A DNA stretch of 64,000 bases from NCBI GenBank assembly GCA_015680685.1, contig MNCI01000167.1, positions 64,346 through 128,345 on the forward strand. The letters are read 5' to 3'. Of the stretch, positions 61,382 through 64,000 are shown in pieces (position 1 is the stretch's first letter; each line of letters begins with the position of its first letter). The stretch is from Gnetum montanum (lineage: Eukaryota; Plantae; Gnetophyta). A program made the translations under genes and the position numbers. The notes below the pieces were generated by a model. The model saw only the letters and a list, made by a program, of their open reading frames with translations, was not told where the DNA came from and searched no databases.

Positions 61382-64000
61382 CTACAATCATAAAGAATTA
61401 TTTTAAGATTATCTAAGGATTTCATAAAAATATTTAACTATTCATAACCCTTTCTTGAGTTCTTGGATTTGATCAGTATCAATTCTTATTATTACGTTGT
61501 AGTTCTTATTGAGATTGCAGAGTTAGAAATAATTTATAGAAATCATTAAGTAAAGAAATTCTTGATGTTTACTAACAATTTTAGGTTTATAACATGTCAC
61601 AATTACTAATTTCTTGTTAATCATGTGTTTGAATGGCTATTGGGAAGAATTGTTAAGTTTATTAGCCTTTGTGCATTTAAAATATGATGATTCCTTATTG
61701 TTCTTACCCTTTCATTATTCTTCCATACATTAGAAAAATTTGATGCAAATCACACAACTATGCATATTACTCTTCCCCACAACTAAGTTGGTCACTCCAA
61801 AAGCAAAAGGAAATGAAAATAACATGAATTAGAGCTATGGTAAGGAAGATATGGCTCTTGGAATTTTAGAGGTTAGAGAAATAGCATGAACTCTCTAGGT
61901 GTTGAATTAGAAACTAAAAAAAATGGCTAACCTCTTATGCATATATATAGGTTTTTATCAAGGATACATAGTAGATACAACATCATGGATGTGATATCAT
62001 AGGGGCTAATGCATCATATCTATGATATCACCTTTGAATTTTTCAAGATTTTGAGCAATTTATGATGGAAAAAATTGAATAAATTGAATGGTCTAGAAGG
62101 TATAGAGATGGTCAAAAGAGTATTTGATCATAGTTAATGCTTAGATTGTAGGAATTTATCCTTAAAAAGTATGTGAAAGAAGGGTTTTGAACAAGGTAAG
62201 TTGATTAAGTCTGTTGGAGATGGTTGGTCAAAATTGCCAAATATATGATTGAAGATGAGTCTATAGGAAAGATAAAAATTATCATCTAAGTGTTCCAAAG
62301 GCACAATATTATGTAGAATTGTTCATTAGGCATGAAGCATAAGAGTTATACAAGTGGATCCTCCTAAAAGTAGGCTCTAGCCTTTAGTGCCCTTGTATAA
62401 CCATACCTACAAGTATTTGTAGGTACTCAAGGAGTTAAATGTAGAACATACATGTCTTCAAAGAATCACATGTTAGTATTGCCTCAATAAGAAAATAAAA
62501 GTATATTATACAAAATTATTAAATTATGACTGTATAACAGTGAGATGCAATGTGAGTAGCACAAATTATAGAAAATGGGATGTGAGATGTCTTACTATAG
62601 GCATAATGAATTCTATGTGTGATGCATGGTTAAAGTGATCATTAGCCTTTCTATCCAAGATTCAAACCAAGTCCATACCACTTACTAGTGACACCACATT
62701 GTATCATCTCAAAACCAGCAACTACAAGACTAGCATAATTGCAAGAAATATTAAGACCTTGAAATCAAGTTCAAGGAAGTAATTTAGTAACAACACATTT
62801 TATTTTGAAAGAGACTTGACCATTGGATAGAGGAGTACGTTCAAGCATGGGTAACATGTCTTTCTAGCCTTATAACTAAGGTGAGTTCAACAAACCTTAA
62901 AATTTTTAAAAAGGCACCTACCTTTAGGTATGGATAACATGTGTTTCTAGTGGAACCCCCCAAAAATTTTTATTATGTGTATTTATTATGATATTATATT
63001 TTCAAACTTACCAAAGGACTACCTTTAGGAATGGGTAATATGTCTTTCTAGTGTCATAATAAGGAAGCACTTATTTTAGACATACTTCCATTTTTTAATT
63101 AGAACTCAGGTGAATAATACAACTTATCATCATGATAAAAATTATAGTAGTAGGCTTAGAGAATTCACAAGTCCCCTTGATGTCACATCCTTTTCATTTC
63201 TACTTGGTTCTTCACTCTTCTATCTAGGCATAATGATTACAGGATTATTTTAATTTAATTGTGGAAAGAATGTCATTATGTCCATGGTAAGAATCTCTTA
63301 TTATTGGAAATGGGTGGATGGATGATGTGGTCTTAAAGTATATGCAATTAGTTCTTTAATGACTTGATAACATAGGATGAAATTCTCATTGTTTTGACTA
63401 CATCTTGTTTTATTCCTTTACACTTATTAGAAAAATAATAAAAAAAAATGTACATGAAGGATAGTAAAAATCATAGAAAAGGTAATAGTAGAAAAATGGA
63501 TAAGGAATTTGAAAGATATTAAAGAATGAAAAATGATCAAGAAATAGAAAAAGTATAAAATAATGGAAGATATATTAAAGAATGTAAAAATTGGTGCCTA
63601 ATTGTCAGACTTGATACACCCATGACTATCATTAAGAGTGGAAATTTGGAAGGTTGAAAGGGCAATGAGCAATTTGGTGAACATGGTAGAGTCCCTACAG
63701 GAGTAAGAAAAGTTACAGAATGGTTTTACCTATTGAATATTGACAAGAATAAGTTTTTATGGGTTTTTTGGATGATAAATTTGCATAGTGCTATATTGGT
63801 ATGTAGCATGAACAATATAAGGTTTCTCCCATAGAGTTTAAAACTTAGTCTTTTTTTGAACATGACTAGGGTTATAGTAAAGAACTTTATTGTTAGGATT
63901 GATGGACACTTGTCATATTTTAATGTCATTTCTACATTTGGAGTACTTCTTGTGAAGTTCATTGCTCATTTGAACTATCGGTTAATTCTCATCTACGAGA

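Larger units (their letters stand above)
57518..64000 (-). mobile_element. 3' half of a non-chromoviral (Athila-like) gypsy element: integrase end, spacer, extra ORF, 3' LTR
   Basis: Minus strand: integrase C-terminus VLYYN..K.K..LWEKPYIV..VNIQ*VKPF (~63900-63720); extra ORF from ATG 61381; candidate PPT agggg then TGATAAAAC (58385) ... CACTCATCA (57518). Interrupts the CRM RT at 57517. Confidence 0.7.

Overview
Repeat-dense nuclear DNA from a land plant, possibly a non-angiosperm vascular plant such as a gymnosperm (taxon is a guess). It holds the last 12 coding exons of one host gene, importin-11/KA120 (+ strand, 21996-30947). The preceding intron appears to be over 22 kb and contains an endogenous caulimovirid fragment and three diverged L1-clade LINEs, one nested inside another, all antisense to the host gene. 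Downstream is a nested stack of decayed Ty3/gypsy elements: a Tekay-like pol and LTR start, a CRM-like element inserted into it, and a complete 19.1 kb Ogre/Tat element plus an Athila-like element, both inserted into the CRM pol. Two things stand out. First, all three LINEs lack the usual C-terminal RNase H-like domain and instead extend ORF2 past zf-RVT into a shared ~150-aa domain plus a coiled coil; this resembles the Transposase_32/PMD-like accessory proteins of gypsy elements. Second, the Ogre/Tat element has a ~6 kb protease-RT spacer that hides a multi-intron antisense gene, with motif arrays shared with the element's own LTRs and 3' UTR. All TE ORFs are pseudogenised. Domain names come from motif recognition by eye, not database searches.
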